Notes: generated by a model not told the origin, from the sequence alone. DNA of 64,000 nt from an uncultured Gammaproteobacteria bacterium (GCA_964599455.1 CAZREA010000004.1:1628-65627); one strand, 5' to 3'. Positions 1 to 10,286 are shown, counted from the stretch's first letter. Numbers and translations: made by a program.

Positions 1-387
1 GTTATCATTGCCCTTGTCATTATTTTTATCGGTCAGATGATTCTTGCACGATTACAAGGGAAGTATCGCGAGACTTTACTGCTGCTTCGTGACGGCGTCA
101 TCATCTTTTCCTTGCTCTTCTTGCTGACACCTGCATTGTATGCACTGATTATTGCTCTTTTTGCTCCATCTTTTCTCATCATCTTTCGTTCGCAAAAGAT
201 TGTGCAATATGTCATTGCCTTATTGACGCTTGCGGTCACGCTGCAGCTGTTCTTTGCATCAATCACCTCGATTGTGTTGCGTGTCACAAGTATGGGAAGC
301 GCATTGCGTATTGCTTTGGCAATGGCGGTGGTGAGCTCCATTGTCTGTAAATATGCATTTCTTCCCTCTTCCCAAGAACGCGTATGA
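1..387 (+). CDS. Hypothetical membrane protein (5' partial)
   Basis: Frame open from base 1; hydrophobic segments; stop overlaps next ATG (ATGA). Confidence 0.6.
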   Translation, partial: VIIALVIIFIGQMILARLQGKYRETLLLLRDGVIIFSLLFLLTPALYALIIALFAPSFLIIFRSQKIVQYVIALLTLAVTLQLFFASITSIVLRVTSMGSALRIALAMAVVSSIVCKYAFLPSSQERV

Positions 388-1643
388 GAATCGTTGCTGA
401 CTTGCATGTCCATTCTCGTTACTCGCGCGCATGTTCTCAGCTGCTCACCCTTGAAAATAATGCTTTGTGGTGCGCGAAGAAAGGCGTTAATGTGCTTGGC
501 ACCGGAGATTTTACGCATCCAAAATGGTTTGCTGATATTGAAGAACAATTGATTGAAGCCGAGCCGGGATTGTATCATTTGCGTTCCGGTAATCATGCGG
601 ATGTACGCTTCATGATCACCTCAGAAGTTTCGCAGATTTATAAACGCGGCGACAAAGCACGACGCATTCATAATCTCATTTTTGCTCCCTCGATTGAAAC
701 CGCACGACGCATCAACGCATGGCTCACCGATGCGGGATACAATTTGAAATCTGATGGTCGTCCTATTCTTGGATTAGATGCGGAAGAACTTTATAAGCGA
801 TTGAAAGATATTGATGAGCGTATTGTGTTGTGTCCGGCGCATGTATGGACACCATGGTTTGCACTTTTTGGTTCGAAGTCAGGTTTCAATTCCATTGAAG
901 AATGTTTTGGTGAGATGTCGTCAGAAGTCTTTGCACTCGAAACGGGGCTCTCGAGCGATCCACTAATGAATCGTTCATGGTCGCATCTTGATCGCTGTGC
1001 ACTGTTATCAAATTCTGACGCACATAGTCCGCAAAACTTTGGTCGTGAGGCAAATGTGTTTGAGATTGATCAAATGAGATTGTCTTTTGATGAAATCATG
1101 CGCGTTATCCGTGAGAAGGATGAAAAAAACTTTTTATATACGATTGAATTCTTCCCTGAAGAAGGAAAATATCACCTGGATGGCCATGCAGCGTGCGGTT
1201 TTTCCTGTTTGCCCGAAGAGACAAAAAGACTCGGTGGCGCTTGTCCAAAATGCGGTGCACGAATAACGGTTGGCGTACTTTCTCGTGTTGCTGAACTTGC
1301 TAATAAAGAGCACAAAAAAGAAGTTATGCAGGGACACGTGCCGTTTCGTTCCATCGTTCCATTACCTGAAGTGATCGCGAATGTTCTTGGTGTGAAAGCT
1401 GCATCAAAGAAAGTACAGGCAACGTATGAACAGATGATTGCGCAAGGCGGGAATGAATTTCATCTTTTACTTGACGCGTCACTTGCTGACATCACTGCAC
1501 TTGCAGGACATGATGTTGCGACGGCAATTGCACGTATGCGCGAAGGAAATATTTCCGTCACACCCGGATATGATGGCGTGTATGGTGTTGTGCAAATATT
1601 TTCTGCTGCAACACGACCATCTTTGCAACAAATATTGTTGTAA
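384..1643 (+). CDS. Endonuclease Q family PHP-domain protein
   Basis: DLHVHSRYS, GTGDFTHP, SNSDAHS motifs, CPKCG zinc ribbon, PGYDGVYG C-terminus. Confidence 0.88.
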   Translation: MRIVADLHVHSRYSRACSQLLTLENNALWCAKKGVNVLGTGDFTHPKWFADIEEQLIEAEPGLYHLRSGNHADVRFMITSEVSQIYKRGDKARRIHNLIFAPSIETARRINAWLTDAGYNLKSDGRPILGLDAEELYKRLKDIDERIVLCPAHVWTPWFALFGSKSGFNSIEECFGEMSSEVFALETGLSSDPLMNRSWSHLDRCALLSNSDAHSPQNFGREANVFEIDQMRLSFDEIMRVIREKDEKNFLYTIEFFPEEGKYHLDGHAACGFSCLPEETKRLGGACPKCGARITVGVLSRVAELANKEHKKEVMQGHVPFRSIVPLPEVIANVLGVKAASKKVQATYEQMIAQGGNEFHLLLDASLADITALAGHDVATAIARMREGNISVTPGYDGVYGVVQIFSAATRPSLQQILL

Positions 1644-1752
1644 AAAGAAAAGTTATTCACAGATGTTGCATGTAAAAATGTTTATCCACACGTTTTTCAT
1701 TTATACTACTAAGTAGTCGCGAGCCTTATCGCGAGTTAATTCAAACTTTTAT

Positions 1753-1857
1753 ATGGCAATGGCCAAAAAGAAAGCAGCAAAGCGCCCAGCAAAAAAGGCT
1801 GCAAAGAAAGCTGCACCACGCCGCAAGGTTGCTCGCAAAGCAGCAAAGCGCCGATAA
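1753..1857 (+). CDS. 34-aa Lys/Ala/Arg-rich histone-H1-like peptide
   Basis: Hand translation MAMAKKKAAKRPAKKAAKKAAPRRKVARKAAKRR*; below ORF-track cutoff. Confidence 0.7.
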   Translation: MAMAKKKAAKRPAKKAAKKAAPRRKVARKAAKRR

Positions 1858-1939
1858 GTGCAAAACAAAATCGCTTGATGAACGTGTGCTCTTTTGCACA
1901 AAGAAGGAGACGCTCATCGGCGATTTTTTATTTTATGAA

Positions 1940-2058
1940 ATTCGCGTTTATTTGGGTCATTTTGGAGCCCTCATCGCTGCGGCCGACTCACCGTATGTTT
2001 AATACGGCTCGTCGGTCCTCGCTCTTCGGGTCCAAACTGCCTCCAAATAAACACGAAT
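1940..2058. repeat. Palindromic element family A, copy 1
   Basis: Terminal IR ATTCGCGTTTATTTGG/CCAAATAAACACGAAT; core shared with 6426-6549 and 56001-56179. Confidence 0.85.
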
Positions 2059-2101
2059 CTTTCTTCCACTTTCCTCTTTTTCAAATCTCATCTCCTTCTA
2101 C

Positions 2102-3043
2102 TCAGAGAAGCATTGCAGTAAGAACACGTTTTGCATTTCGCGAGGCAATTGCTGTAAGTGTCTCCTCGCTGATATTACGATGACGAAGTTCTTGAAAAAG
2201 ATCGAGAATGCCCGCAACGGTATCAAGACCATCGATGGTTCCGCTGATGATGCCGCCGAGATCGGTTCCAAGATGAACGTGTTGAGGTCCCATGATGTCG
2301 AGCATGTGTTCGATGTGATTGGCAACGTCGCGTATGGTTGCTTTGCGATCGCTGCAGATGAAGCGATTGGCAAACATGATACCCACCGAACCATCGCGTT
2401 CGGCAATCGCTCGTAATTGGCGATCAGTGAGGTTTCGTGGCGAATCGCAAAGTGCTCGAGCATTGGCGTGACTCACGTAAATCGGACCGTCGGCTACTTC
2501 GGTGGCATTCCAAAATGTCGGTTCGTTCATGTGTGCGAAATCGATAACCATGCGACGCTCGCCAAGAAACGTCAGCACATCTTTTCCCAGTGGAGTTAAT
2601 CCTGCAGCATCATCTTTTGTCCCTCCGCCTAGTGCGTTGGTAAGATTCCAAACAATACCAACGGACCGTAGACCGAGGTCATACCAACGATTGAGACGTA
2701 TCCAATCTTCCTTTGTACCACTAAAGACATTCAAGCCTTCAATGTGGAGAAGAAGATTGTTGCGAGAGGCATCCAGAGTATCTTTTGTTGTTGCGATACT
2801 CCAATCTGGTGTGCAGTTGCAATGTGATCGATACGCGAGAAGATCATTTTCAATAAGCGTATTCACAGATGCATCGAACCACGCCTCGTTTTCGGGGATA
2901 GGAAAGGCGGTAGCGACAGTGCACGTAACATGTTGATCTTGTAACATGTCGTAATCGGTCTGTTGGTTTTGTTTATAGAAATCTCGATAGCGCAAGTGCG
3001 CGAGAAGATCCTGGTGGCAATCAATGAGAGGAAGGTTTTGCAT
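2102..3043 (-). CDS. Membrane dipeptidase (peptidase M19 family)
   Basis: IDCHQD, HIEG, IDFAH, VSHANARAL, HLGTDLGG motifs. Confidence 0.88.
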   Translation of the reverse strand: MQNLPLIDCHQDLLAHLRYRDFYKQNQQTDYDMLQDQHVTCTVATAFPIPENEAWFDASVNTLIENDLLAYRSHCNCTPDWSIATTKDTLDASRNNLLLHIEGLNVFSGTKEDWIRLNRWYDLGLRSVGIVWNLTNALGGGTKDDAAGLTPLGKDVLTFLGERRMVIDFAHMNEPTFWNATEVADGPIYVSHANARALCDSPRNLTDRQLRAIAERDGSVGIMFANRFICSDRKATIRDVANHIEHMLDIMGPQHVHLGTDLGGIISGTIDGLDTVAGILDLFQELRHRNISEETLTAIASRNAKRVLTAMLL

Positions 3044-3081
3044 AAGAGGAAAGTGTGGGGCTAGCGAACCAGCCCCAGGAA

Positions 3082-4200
3082 TTACGTACGCAGTCGCGTC
3101 ATCAGGCGGACGGCGTTTTCGACGTCAGCGAGTGGTGCCTCGAGTGCCCACGGGTGGATGTGGATCGCTTCACCGCTCGAGATGAGGTCATACTGACTCA
3201 GGAATGAACCGTCTTTGATATCGTAGAACGGTTCAGGACAGGCAGCGATCGCTTCACGCAGTTGGTTGTTGGCTCTGTACCGCTCTTCGTTTGCCGCCCT
3301 GATGAGCACGGTCTTTTCATCCGCATTTGCTTCACGCATCTTTTTCGCCCACGAGTCGCGCATGAATTCGAGCGCCAGATAGCTTTCAATGAGTTCTTGC
3401 AGTGCCTGCTGGCGACTCTTGGTTACCGCGAAGCGCATTTCGGCAACTCGCACGACGTGATAAGTCATCGCCTCGGGGAGTTCGGGCATGACTTCACGCA
3501 AACCATTGTAGAGTTGGTGCAATTGCGGTTGAAGAGGAGCAATGTAGACGAACATATCAGGACCGGAGAGCGAGAATACTTCGCGTTCACCCATAATCAC
3601 AGCATCGATCACTCCATCCATGAGAATATTGAGGATATTGGGCATGAGCCAGCCGTTGGTGAGTGACGTGATGCCAAAGAATCCATGACGACTGAGTGAG
3701 CTCGCGTTCATGCGATCCTGCACCGTCTGTCCGCTTATCATAACGCGACGTTCGAAGAGCGCAGGGAAACGCTCGGCGAAGAAACGAGCGATACGCATGC
3801 TACGTTCGGAATGCTTTGGAAGAAAATCGGCATTCAGTCGTTCGGCGTTGAGACAGGGGATCGCGTAGCGAAGCGCCTGCATGTGATTTGCACTGATGAA
3901 TTCACCTTGACGCATATGCTCGGTCGGCTGTTCGACCTTCGCGTGCGTCATCAGTAGATCGGGGCTTCCGACGATCGTCTGCCTTCCACCTTGAATCACC
4001 GTATGCGGGTGAAAATTTTTGTCGCGTTCACCCCGTGTTTGATCGCAGATTTTCATGCGAATGCCGAGCGAGGCGATGGCGAGATTGTTTGGATACCAAT
4101 TGCCAACGTGCGGCGTTTTCATGACGCAACGGCCAGCACGTGAAAGTCCCACGAGTTGGTTGAGTGACAAATCGTTCCTGATATTGACGTGAAAGGGCAT
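3082..4200 (-). CDS. Hypothetical protein with HIGH-like motif (KTPHVGN)
   Basis: 372-aa ORF from ATG 4200 preceded by GGAGGT SD. Confidence 0.7.
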   Translation of the reverse strand: MPFHVNIRNDLSLNQLVGLSRAGRCVMKTPHVGNWYPNNLAIASLGIRMKICDQTRGERDKNFHPHTVIQGGRQTIVGSPDLLMTHAKVEQPTEHMRQGEFISANHMQALRYAIPCLNAERLNADFLPKHSERSMRIARFFAERFPALFERRVMISGQTVQDRMNASSLSRHGFFGITSLTNGWLMPNILNILMDGVIDAVIMGEREVFSLSGPDMFVYIAPLQPQLHQLYNGLREVMPELPEAMTYHVVRVAEMRFAVTKSRQQALQELIESYLALEFMRDSWAKKMREANADEKTVLIRAANEERYRANNQLREAIAACPEPFYDIKDGSFLSQYDLISSGEAIHIHPWALEAPLADVENAVRLMTRLRT

Positions 4201-4272
4201 GTGACCTCCGTTTGCATGATGTGTCCGCCGCTCCGCGCGCGCGAAGCGGCGGAGTCGACGTGCAAGCGTCAA

Positions 4273-4306
4273 CAAAAAAAACCGCCGAAGTTCGCGGCGG
4301 TTTTTT
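4273..4306 (-). terminator. Intrinsic terminator / possible attenuator upstream of 3082-4200
   Basis: Minus strand AAAAAACCGCCG-loop-CGGCGGTTTTTTTT. Confidence 0.75.
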
Positions 4307-4320
4307 GTCAGATGCTTGCT

Positions 4321-4422
4321 TTAGACAAGCGAAAAGATGACGGAACCACGCGAACGCAAAAGAGAGACATGCCAATAGCCATGCTGCGTTGCGTGAGTGG
4401 TTTGCGTCGAAAATGCGTTCAT
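4321..4422 (-). CDS. Putative 33-aa leader peptide
   Basis: MNAFSTQTTHATQHGYWHVSLLRSRGSVIFSLV* ends ~15 nt before the terminator hairpin. Confidence 0.4.
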   Translation of the reverse strand: MNAFSTQTTHATQHGYWHVSLLRSRGSVIFSLV

Positions 4423-4458
4423 AGTTCTTTCCTTAGAATATCTTGTTCCAAACCTTTG

Positions 4459-5799
4459 TCAAGGAATGATCTCAACGGGCGTTCCGATTTCCGCCCAATT
4501 ATAGACTTTCTCAGCATCAAGTAAGCTAGTATTCACGCAGCCGTGACTCATACGATGACCAAAATTATTGTGCCAGTAGGCGGAGTGAATGTAGTAATGA
4601 TTGCGGAAGCGAAGATTCCATTTGACGTTGGGAAGGGAATAGTTATTGCGATTACCTGCACCGTAGTACCAGGAGTAGTCATGGACGGGAAGTTTCGCGA
4701 GTACGGCTGTTTTTCCGAGCGGCGTCGGAAACGAGTACGTTCCACTTGAAATGAGGAATGAAAAAGCAGGAATGCCGTACACATATGCTCTGAGCCGTTG
4801 CTCAGAAACATCAACACGAATATATTTCGCAGAAACATCAGCAAAAAGCGGTGTGACCGCATTGCCTGCCACGATAAGATTGCCATTGTTATCCGATCCA
4901 CTTGCAAGGGCAAGGAATGCATCACTCGCGGATGAAAAAGTTGTCATGGTGCCATTGGTCAAAGAGATGCTTGCTGTTGTAGAGAATGCTGGACTACCCG
5001 AAATACTCTCTTTTTGTTGCAAAATCATGGCGCGAGGCTGTGTTGCGGCGCTACTCAGTGTTGTTTCAGAAATCTTTTTTAAAGAGCCATCTTCAGTATC
5101 AAAGATAGTGCGAACCGGTACATCATAGGCAGCGGGAGCAGTGATAATCTCCAATTCTGCATCGGCATCCGCATTTCCCACATTCACCAGCAAACCGGTT
5201 ACTTTTTCTTTACTTCCTACAAAGTTTTCATCAATAATTTTTCCTGTTGCCGAAAAAACTTTCAAATGCGGACCACCTCCAGGGCCTGACCCGGTGATAA
5301 TTTCTGCTTTGCCATCGCCGGTTACATCACCACAGGCAATGTTCACGCCACCGGTAAAACCTGCGTCATAGGCAAAAAATCCCCCAATGGCCTCGCCCAT
5401 GCTGGTGAATATCCGAACATGTGGTCCGCCACCAAAACCGGCGCCCGTAACAATTTCTTGTTGTCCATCGCCATCAAGGTCGCAGGCGGCAACATAGACG
5501 CCTCCGGTAAAGGCTTCGGTATAGGCGGAAAAAGAACCAATCAGCGTGCCATCTTGGCGAAAAACGCCAACCGTGGGTTTTGATCCGTATCCAGCTCCGA
5601 CAAGAATTTCGGCAATGCCATCATCACCTAAATCGCCAAGAGCGACGGAACCAATGGTGATATCGGTAAAGGGCGTGAATGAACTAATAAGCGTACTATC
5701 GCGATAGAGTTTGACGGTGGCGTCTTGGGCAAAGGTGCTCTTGGGGAAAAGGATGCATCCAGCAAGAAGAAGGAAGGAGAGGAGGTGACGAGAGGACAT
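4459..5799 (-). CDS. L,D-transpeptidase (YkuD) with FG-GAP/VCBS repeats, secreted
   Basis: Signal peptide; DxDGDG repeats; IHSAYWH...SHGCVN catalytic motif. Confidence 0.88.
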   Translation of the reverse strand: MSSRHLLSFLLLAGCILFPKSTFAQDATVKLYRDSTLISSFTPFTDITIGSVALGDLGDDGIAEILVGAGYGSKPTVGVFRQDGTLIGSFSAYTEAFTGGVYVAACDLDGDGQQEIVTGAGFGGGPHVRIFTSMGEAIGGFFAYDAGFTGGVNIACGDVTGDGKAEIITGSGPGGGPHLKVFSATGKIIDENFVGSKEKVTGLLVNVGNADADAELEIITAPAAYDVPVRTIFDTEDGSLKKISETTLSSAATQPRAMILQQKESISGSPAFSTTASISLTNGTMTTFSSASDAFLALASGSDNNGNLIVAGNAVTPLFADVSAKYIRVDVSEQRLRAYVYGIPAFSFLISSGTYSFPTPLGKTAVLAKLPVHDYSWYYGAGNRNNYSLPNVKWNLRFRNHYYIHSAYWHNNFGHRMSHGCVNTSLLDAEKVYNWAEIGTPVEIIP

Positions 5800-5898
5800 A
5801 GGGGAAATGTTTTCCCTAGTATATAGGATGTCATCTCATCATGGCGAAAAAAACAACAGCCGCCTGTGTGGCGGCTGAAGTGAGAGTATTTTTGAGGT

Positions 5899-6222
5899 CT
5901 ATACTTTGGTTTCTGAATCGCTACTATCTTCATCATCAGGACGGTTATCATGTTCTTTGGTAACTATCTCTCCTGAAGGAGTTCTTGTATGAAAAAGAAT
6001 AGCTGGACTTTGTTCATCGAGATCAGGATCGGGCTCGGTAGCAATATCCACATCCTCCTCTTTGAGATCTGGTATCCTTTCTTGTCTCCCACTTAAGAGG
6101 TCTAGGGTCTCGAGCTCCTTTGTAAGATTTTCTTCTCTTCCCTCACCTGTACTTGTATCATCCGCCCCATAGGGATTTCCTAAAGATTTACCCCATTCCC
6201 ATGTATTCTTTTCTTCACGCAT
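5899..6222 (-). CDS. Hypothetical acidic protein
   Basis: 107-aa ORF filling the intergenic gap; followed by hairpin at ~5857-5878. Confidence 0.55.
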   Translation of the reverse strand: MREEKNTWEWGKSLGNPYGADDTSTGEGREENLTKELETLDLLSGRQERIPDLKEEDVDIATEPDPDLDEQSPAILFHTRTPSGEIVTKEHDNRPDDEDSSDSETKV

Positions 6223-6349
6223 ATAATGAAAGTATACTTGAGGTGATTGTTTTTGAAAAAGCCTATTTTGTGACTATTCTCCTGTGGTCGCTTGATGTAT
6301 TATAAAGTTTGCAAAAAATAATCGATAGGGTATAGTATTCGGGCTTTTC

Positions 6350-6425
6350 GGGCCCTTAGCTTAGTTGGTAGAGCGCCGCATTTGCAATGCGGAGGTCATC
6401 GGTTCAAATCCGATAGGGTCCACCA
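6350..6425 (+). tRNA. tRNA-Ala(UGC)
   Basis: Cloverleaf; anticodon arm CCGCA-TTTGCAA-TGCGG; GGTTCAAATCC T-arm; encoded CCA. Confidence 0.96.
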
Positions 6426-6549
6426 CAAAACCGTTTTATTTGGGCCATTTTGGACTCCTCATCGCTGCGGTCGACTCACCGTACGTCATTGTACGGCTCG
6501 TCGATCCTCGCTCTTCGGAACCAAACTGTCTCCAAATAAAACGGTTTTG
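6426..6549. repeat. Palindromic element family A, copy 2
   Basis: CAAAACCGTTTTATTTGG/CCAAATAAAACGGTTTTG IR starting right after the tRNA-Ala CCA. Confidence 0.88.
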
Positions 6550-6610
6550 TTTTCAGTACTTTTCTATCCGTTCGCCGTTACGTATCATTGAGGAGAATAA
6601 AAATCCGGCA

Positions 6611-6871
6611 TTACTTGCCGGATTTTTTTCTGTGCACTTCTCGAACAAAATCTTCAACAAGCTCACTTACAAGACTGGGAGAAGCTTCTCTTCCGAATTC
6701 TAGAACGGTATCTTCATCGACAAAGGGATCATGATCACCTAGACCAACTACGGGAACAGGCTCTAGGCTAAATGGAGGTATCGGGGTTTCTTGGGAGCCT
6801 TTGCTTGGAGCCTTTATTTTTTCTACTTTTACGCGGAGACCTTGAGGAGGTTCTGTATTTTCAGCATTCAT
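6611..6871 (-). CDS. Hypothetical protein
   Basis: Short ORF co-oriented with neighbours; start chosen at MNAENT. Confidence 0.5.
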   Translation of the reverse strand: MNAENTEPPQGLRVKVEKIKAPSKGSQETPIPPFSLEPVPVVGLGDHDPFVDEDTVLEFGREASPSLVSELVEDFVREVHRKKSGK

Positions 6872-6904
6872 AAAATAGGAAAAGATATTACTTTTGTTTA
6901 TCAC

Positions 6905-7621
6905 TTATTCAATCATCGAAAAATCAAGTGTTGATTTGATCATTTCCCATCCGGAACGCTGCTCTTCCCACATGCCAGGACCAAAATACAGTGCCGACAC
7001 ATGAGCATCGGTGACATACTGGATACTTTCAAATGGTCCCGAGGCGATGCCTTCGACGTATGCACCACTGATGGAGTAGAGGATACCCTTTCCCTTTTTC
7101 TCTGAGGTGATGACCAGATCTTGTATGCCCTCGTATTCTTTATAAAGATAGGCTTCGTACGAAATTGCGCCTCCAAGATCCAAAGAGGAGGTGCGGAAGG
7201 TCTGGATATTGATAGGGATATTTGTTTCTTCGCTGGGAGTATAGGTTATGAGTGGTCCTGGTCCTAGGTCCATGCGAAAAAGAAAAAGCGTATCTGCTTC
7301 GGGTTCGCCAATGATTTCGGTGCCCGATGCCGACCAGGTTGCAGGATAGGAAAAACCGGGGTGCAGAGCACTCGGTGCAACGGCAAGGGGAGCGGCATTT
7401 TCATTTTTCGCTATCGCTAATTGTGAGGCGCATGCGGCAGTCAGTTCATTCGCACGCTGTTGCACGGCAGTGGTCACTTCTTCGCCACAGATGTCGACAA
7501 TGGCATTCTTGGGTCCTTTGCTGATAATGTTCACGATGAGCGCAACGGCAATCAGTGAAAGAATGAGAATGGTAATAAGCAGGCCGACGATGAGTTGATG
7601 ATGTTTGAGATCTTTAGGCAT
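6905..7621 (-). CDS. Membrane-anchored hypothetical protein
   Basis: N-terminal TM helix; FSYPATW motif reminiscent of PsbP-like CPR surface proteins. Confidence 0.7.
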   Translation of the reverse strand: MPKDLKHHQLIVGLLITILILSLIAVALIVNIISKGPKNAIVDICGEEVTTAVQQRANELTAACASQLAIAKNENAAPLAVAPSALHPGFSYPATWSASGTEIIGEPEADTLFLFRMDLGPGPLITYTPSEETNIPINIQTFRTSSLDLGGAISYEAYLYKEYEGIQDLVITSEKKGKGILYSISGAYVEGIASGPFESIQYVTDAHVSALYFGPGMWEEQRSGWEMIKSTLDFSMIE

Positions 7622-7744
7622 AGAAGGACATTTTGATTAAATAGTAAACCGCAATGCCGAGAAGGCCAATATTCCACACCAACAGCATGATAATCCAGAA
7701 GTGCAATTTTGTATCTGAAGAAGGAGATTTTGCAGGCATACGAT

Positions 7745-8368
7745 TTACTCAAGACAAAGGAGTGGATTTGCTTCAAGTTGTGGCTGATTTGTATCGAGCA
7801 AACAGCTGTGTTCATCAAAAGAGATGAGCATGTTTTCAGGAATCTGATCATCTGTTAAAGAGGTTTCTTTTATCAGTGTGCCGTCGATAAGTCGATACAG
7901 AGCGACACGATTCTTATCAAGAATACCAACAATTTCTTGATTAGCCGAAAGAGAAATTTGTAAAGCATCAACGCTGAGTGTTGCGGCTTGCATTTGGCCA
8001 GTTGCAACATCAAACGGATAGATTTTTAAGAGCGTGAGATCGGTATCGAGAATCGCGCGAACATAGACGATACCTTGGTAGTTTTCTTGAGGAATCGCGA
8101 AAAGGCTAAAGTCGGTAATGTCATCGGTAAGCGAAGAAGAATAGAGGGTGCGGATGGTTTCTCCTTCTTCATTGACCTCAACGATCATGGCCTGGTTGCC
8201 GGAGATTTTGGTGTCTAACCGTGGAGGGGTGAGTGGTTCGGATGTGTCAGGCCTGGAGGGATTGGTAAGAAGCGTGTGAAATTCGAGCGTAAAAAAAGAA
8301 AAAAGCACGAGCACGATGGCAAACGCGCCGAGGATGAGTAGTCCCTCCATGACCCGATGGCTTTTCAT
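7745..8368 (-). CDS. Membrane-anchored hypothetical protein
   Basis: N-terminal TM helix; start chosen at MKSHRV. Confidence 0.65.
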   Translation of the reverse strand: MKSHRVMEGLLILGAFAIVLVLFSFFTLEFHTLLTNPSRPDTSEPLTPPRLDTKISGNQAMIVEVNEEGETIRTLYSSSLTDDITDFSLFAIPQENYQGIVYVRAILDTDLTLLKIYPFDVATGQMQAATLSVDALQISLSANQEIVGILDKNRVALYRLIDGTLIKETSLTDDQIPENMLISFDEHSCLLDTNQPQLEANPLLCLE

Positions 8369-8397
8369 GTCGAAAATAAAAGATTTCTTCGAGTTTC

Positions 8398-9390
8398 TTA
8401 ATTGCGCATGCGTACCTCTCTCACCGAAATTGCTTTGCAAGCTTTAGCGCTTGGCCATGAGCGCAGTATACCAGTTTTCGCACCTACGTGTTGCACAACA
8501 CTGGCGGCGTTGAGTGTGGCAATTTGCATGGCGGTGATTACGTCATCACTCTTCATGACTCCAGCCACAAATCCTGATCCAAAGGCATCACCTGCACCCG
8601 TTTGCGAAATCGAAGCAACGTCGAGTGCACGCACAAAAAAGAGTTTTTTGTCATGCCACGCACATGCTCCTTGCGGCCCATCGGTGACCACGACATATGA
8701 TGGTCCGTCGGCAAGTGCAAGACAGAGTTCCGACGCATCTTTACTTGCTTTGGCGCTGAGCATTTGCGCCTCTTCTTTGTTGACCAGCAAGATATCGACG
8801 TCACGGAGTATCCGTCGGAGCGATGCTGCTTTTTTCAGTTCTCCCGCGCCAGGATTGCAGGCGATAGAGATTTTCTTTTTTTTGCAAAAATCGATGATTT
8901 TTTCGAGCAGTTCTACATTTCCGCCGAGTGAAGTGATATAGACCCAGTCGCCTGCTAGAGCCTTTGTAGGGATATCGGTTGAGCTAAACGCGACTGAGAC
9001 GCCGCGAAACACCAGAATCGTCCGCTCGCCATCGCTCGTCGTAAGAATAGTGCTGTAGCTTGTTTGGCCTTTTTTGTCGACACGAATGTTTGCGCAATTG
9101 ACGCCTGCTCTTTTAAGCTCGGTAACAATGTCTCGCCCCGGTTCGTCATTGCCGATTTTGGTGATGATGGAAGGAGAAAATCCTAATTGCGCAAAGGTGA
9201 CCGCAGCATTTGTAGCTCCACCGCCGGTTGAAAACACGCATGATTCCACATCGATTTTTGCCCCAAGTGTCATGCACTCAGCTTTGCCGCCGATAAATTG
9301 TGATGAACGAATAACTTGAAATGCCGGTGAGGCAAGAAACACATCGCGTGTGGCGGCACCGATAGTGGTGATGGAGGGAAGGGGGGGCAT
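8398..9390 (-). CDS. PfkB-family carbohydrate kinase
   Basis: GGGATNAA and TGAGDAFGSG signatures. Confidence 0.9.
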   Translation of the reverse strand: MPPLPSITTIGAATRDVFLASPAFQVIRSSQFIGGKAECMTLGAKIDVESCVFSTGGGATNAAVTFAQLGFSPSIITKIGNDEPGRDIVTELKRAGVNCANIRVDKKGQTSYSTILTTSDGERTILVFRGVSVAFSSTDIPTKALAGDWVYITSLGGNVELLEKIIDFCKKKKISIACNPGAGELKKAASLRRILRDVDILLVNKEEAQMLSAKASKDASELCLALADGPSYVVVTDGPQGACAWHDKKLFFVRALDVASISQTGAGDAFGSGFVAGVMKSDDVITAMQIATLNAASVVQHVGAKTGILRSWPSAKACKAISVREVRMRN

Positions 9391-9449
9391 AGGAGGGGAG
9401 AAAGGGGAGAGAGGAAGGTGAATATGGAACGAAGAGTAGTGAAGCTTTT

Positions 9450-10286
9450 TTATTCCCCCCATTTTTCTACGAATCGTGTGAAGTTTTCCGCAATGCGATC
9501 AACGGCTTCATCTTCACTCATTGTACCTTGAACAATTTGTGCGATGGCGTCGGCAAAAATCGTTCGTCCAATGGCAAAACCGTCGACTACGCCACTGTCT
9601 CTGGCGATTTCGACATGTTGTGTCACGATTTTTTCATCTTCGCCACGTCCAAGAACGATGAGTTTTGCTGCTCTGGCGGCCTTTTTTACTTGTCCCCAGT
9701 CTTCCGCAGAGGGAAGACCTTCAAGTTTCCAAATAGCGGGATGAATGCCTGCTTCTCGAAGTGTGTTGATGGTTTTTGTGATGTGATTTGCTCGATCTTT
9801 GAAGGGAACGGAGAAAAGAAGTTCAAGCATCAGTGGAATATCGGCAGTGTCGAGTTGTGCTTGTAGCGATGCGAGTGTATCGATTTGTTCATCATCGATC
9901 TCGGGCGCATGCTCCCAGCGAACTAAGACCTTCGCACACGAAGCCCCGAGCAACCGCAACTGGGTTGCAGTTTCCTGACCATACAATAACGACAATGACG
10001 ATCCACCGCTCTTTTCCGTTGAAACCGCCGTAAATATTTTTTCTTCCCCTGCCTCTAAAAGAACTTCTCTCCCTGTTTCCTCATCAAGCAAAATACCAAA
10101 TGTTTCTTCATCAGACGACGCTTCGCGAACCCGCAAAAACGCTTGATAAATCAATCTTTTTAAATGACCTGCCTGTTGGCGATCCTGTTTGGAAAAGGGA
10201 TAGCTGACATGCATGATGTCTTTGGCAAATCCAGTGCGATGATCGAAGGGAAGAATGAAGAGGGGCATAGAGGGAGGGGGAGTCAT
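9450..10286 (-). CDS. DUF2090 / IolC-associated aldolase-like protein
   Basis: LFILPFDHR, KVLVR, WKLEG, LGRG, GFAIGRTIF motifs. Confidence 0.82.
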   Translation of the reverse strand: MTPPPSMPLFILPFDHRTGFAKDIMHVSYPFSKQDRQQAGHLKRLIYQAFLRVREASSDEETFGILLDEETGREVLLEAGEEKIFTAVSTEKSGGSSLSLLYGQETATQLRLLGASCAKVLVRWEHAPEIDDEQIDTLASLQAQLDTADIPLMLELLFSVPFKDRANHITKTINTLREAGIHPAIWKLEGLPSAEDWGQVKKAARAAKLIVLGRGEDEKIVTQHVEIARDSGVVDGFAIGRTIFADAIAQIVQGTMSEDEAVDRIAENFTRFVEKWGE

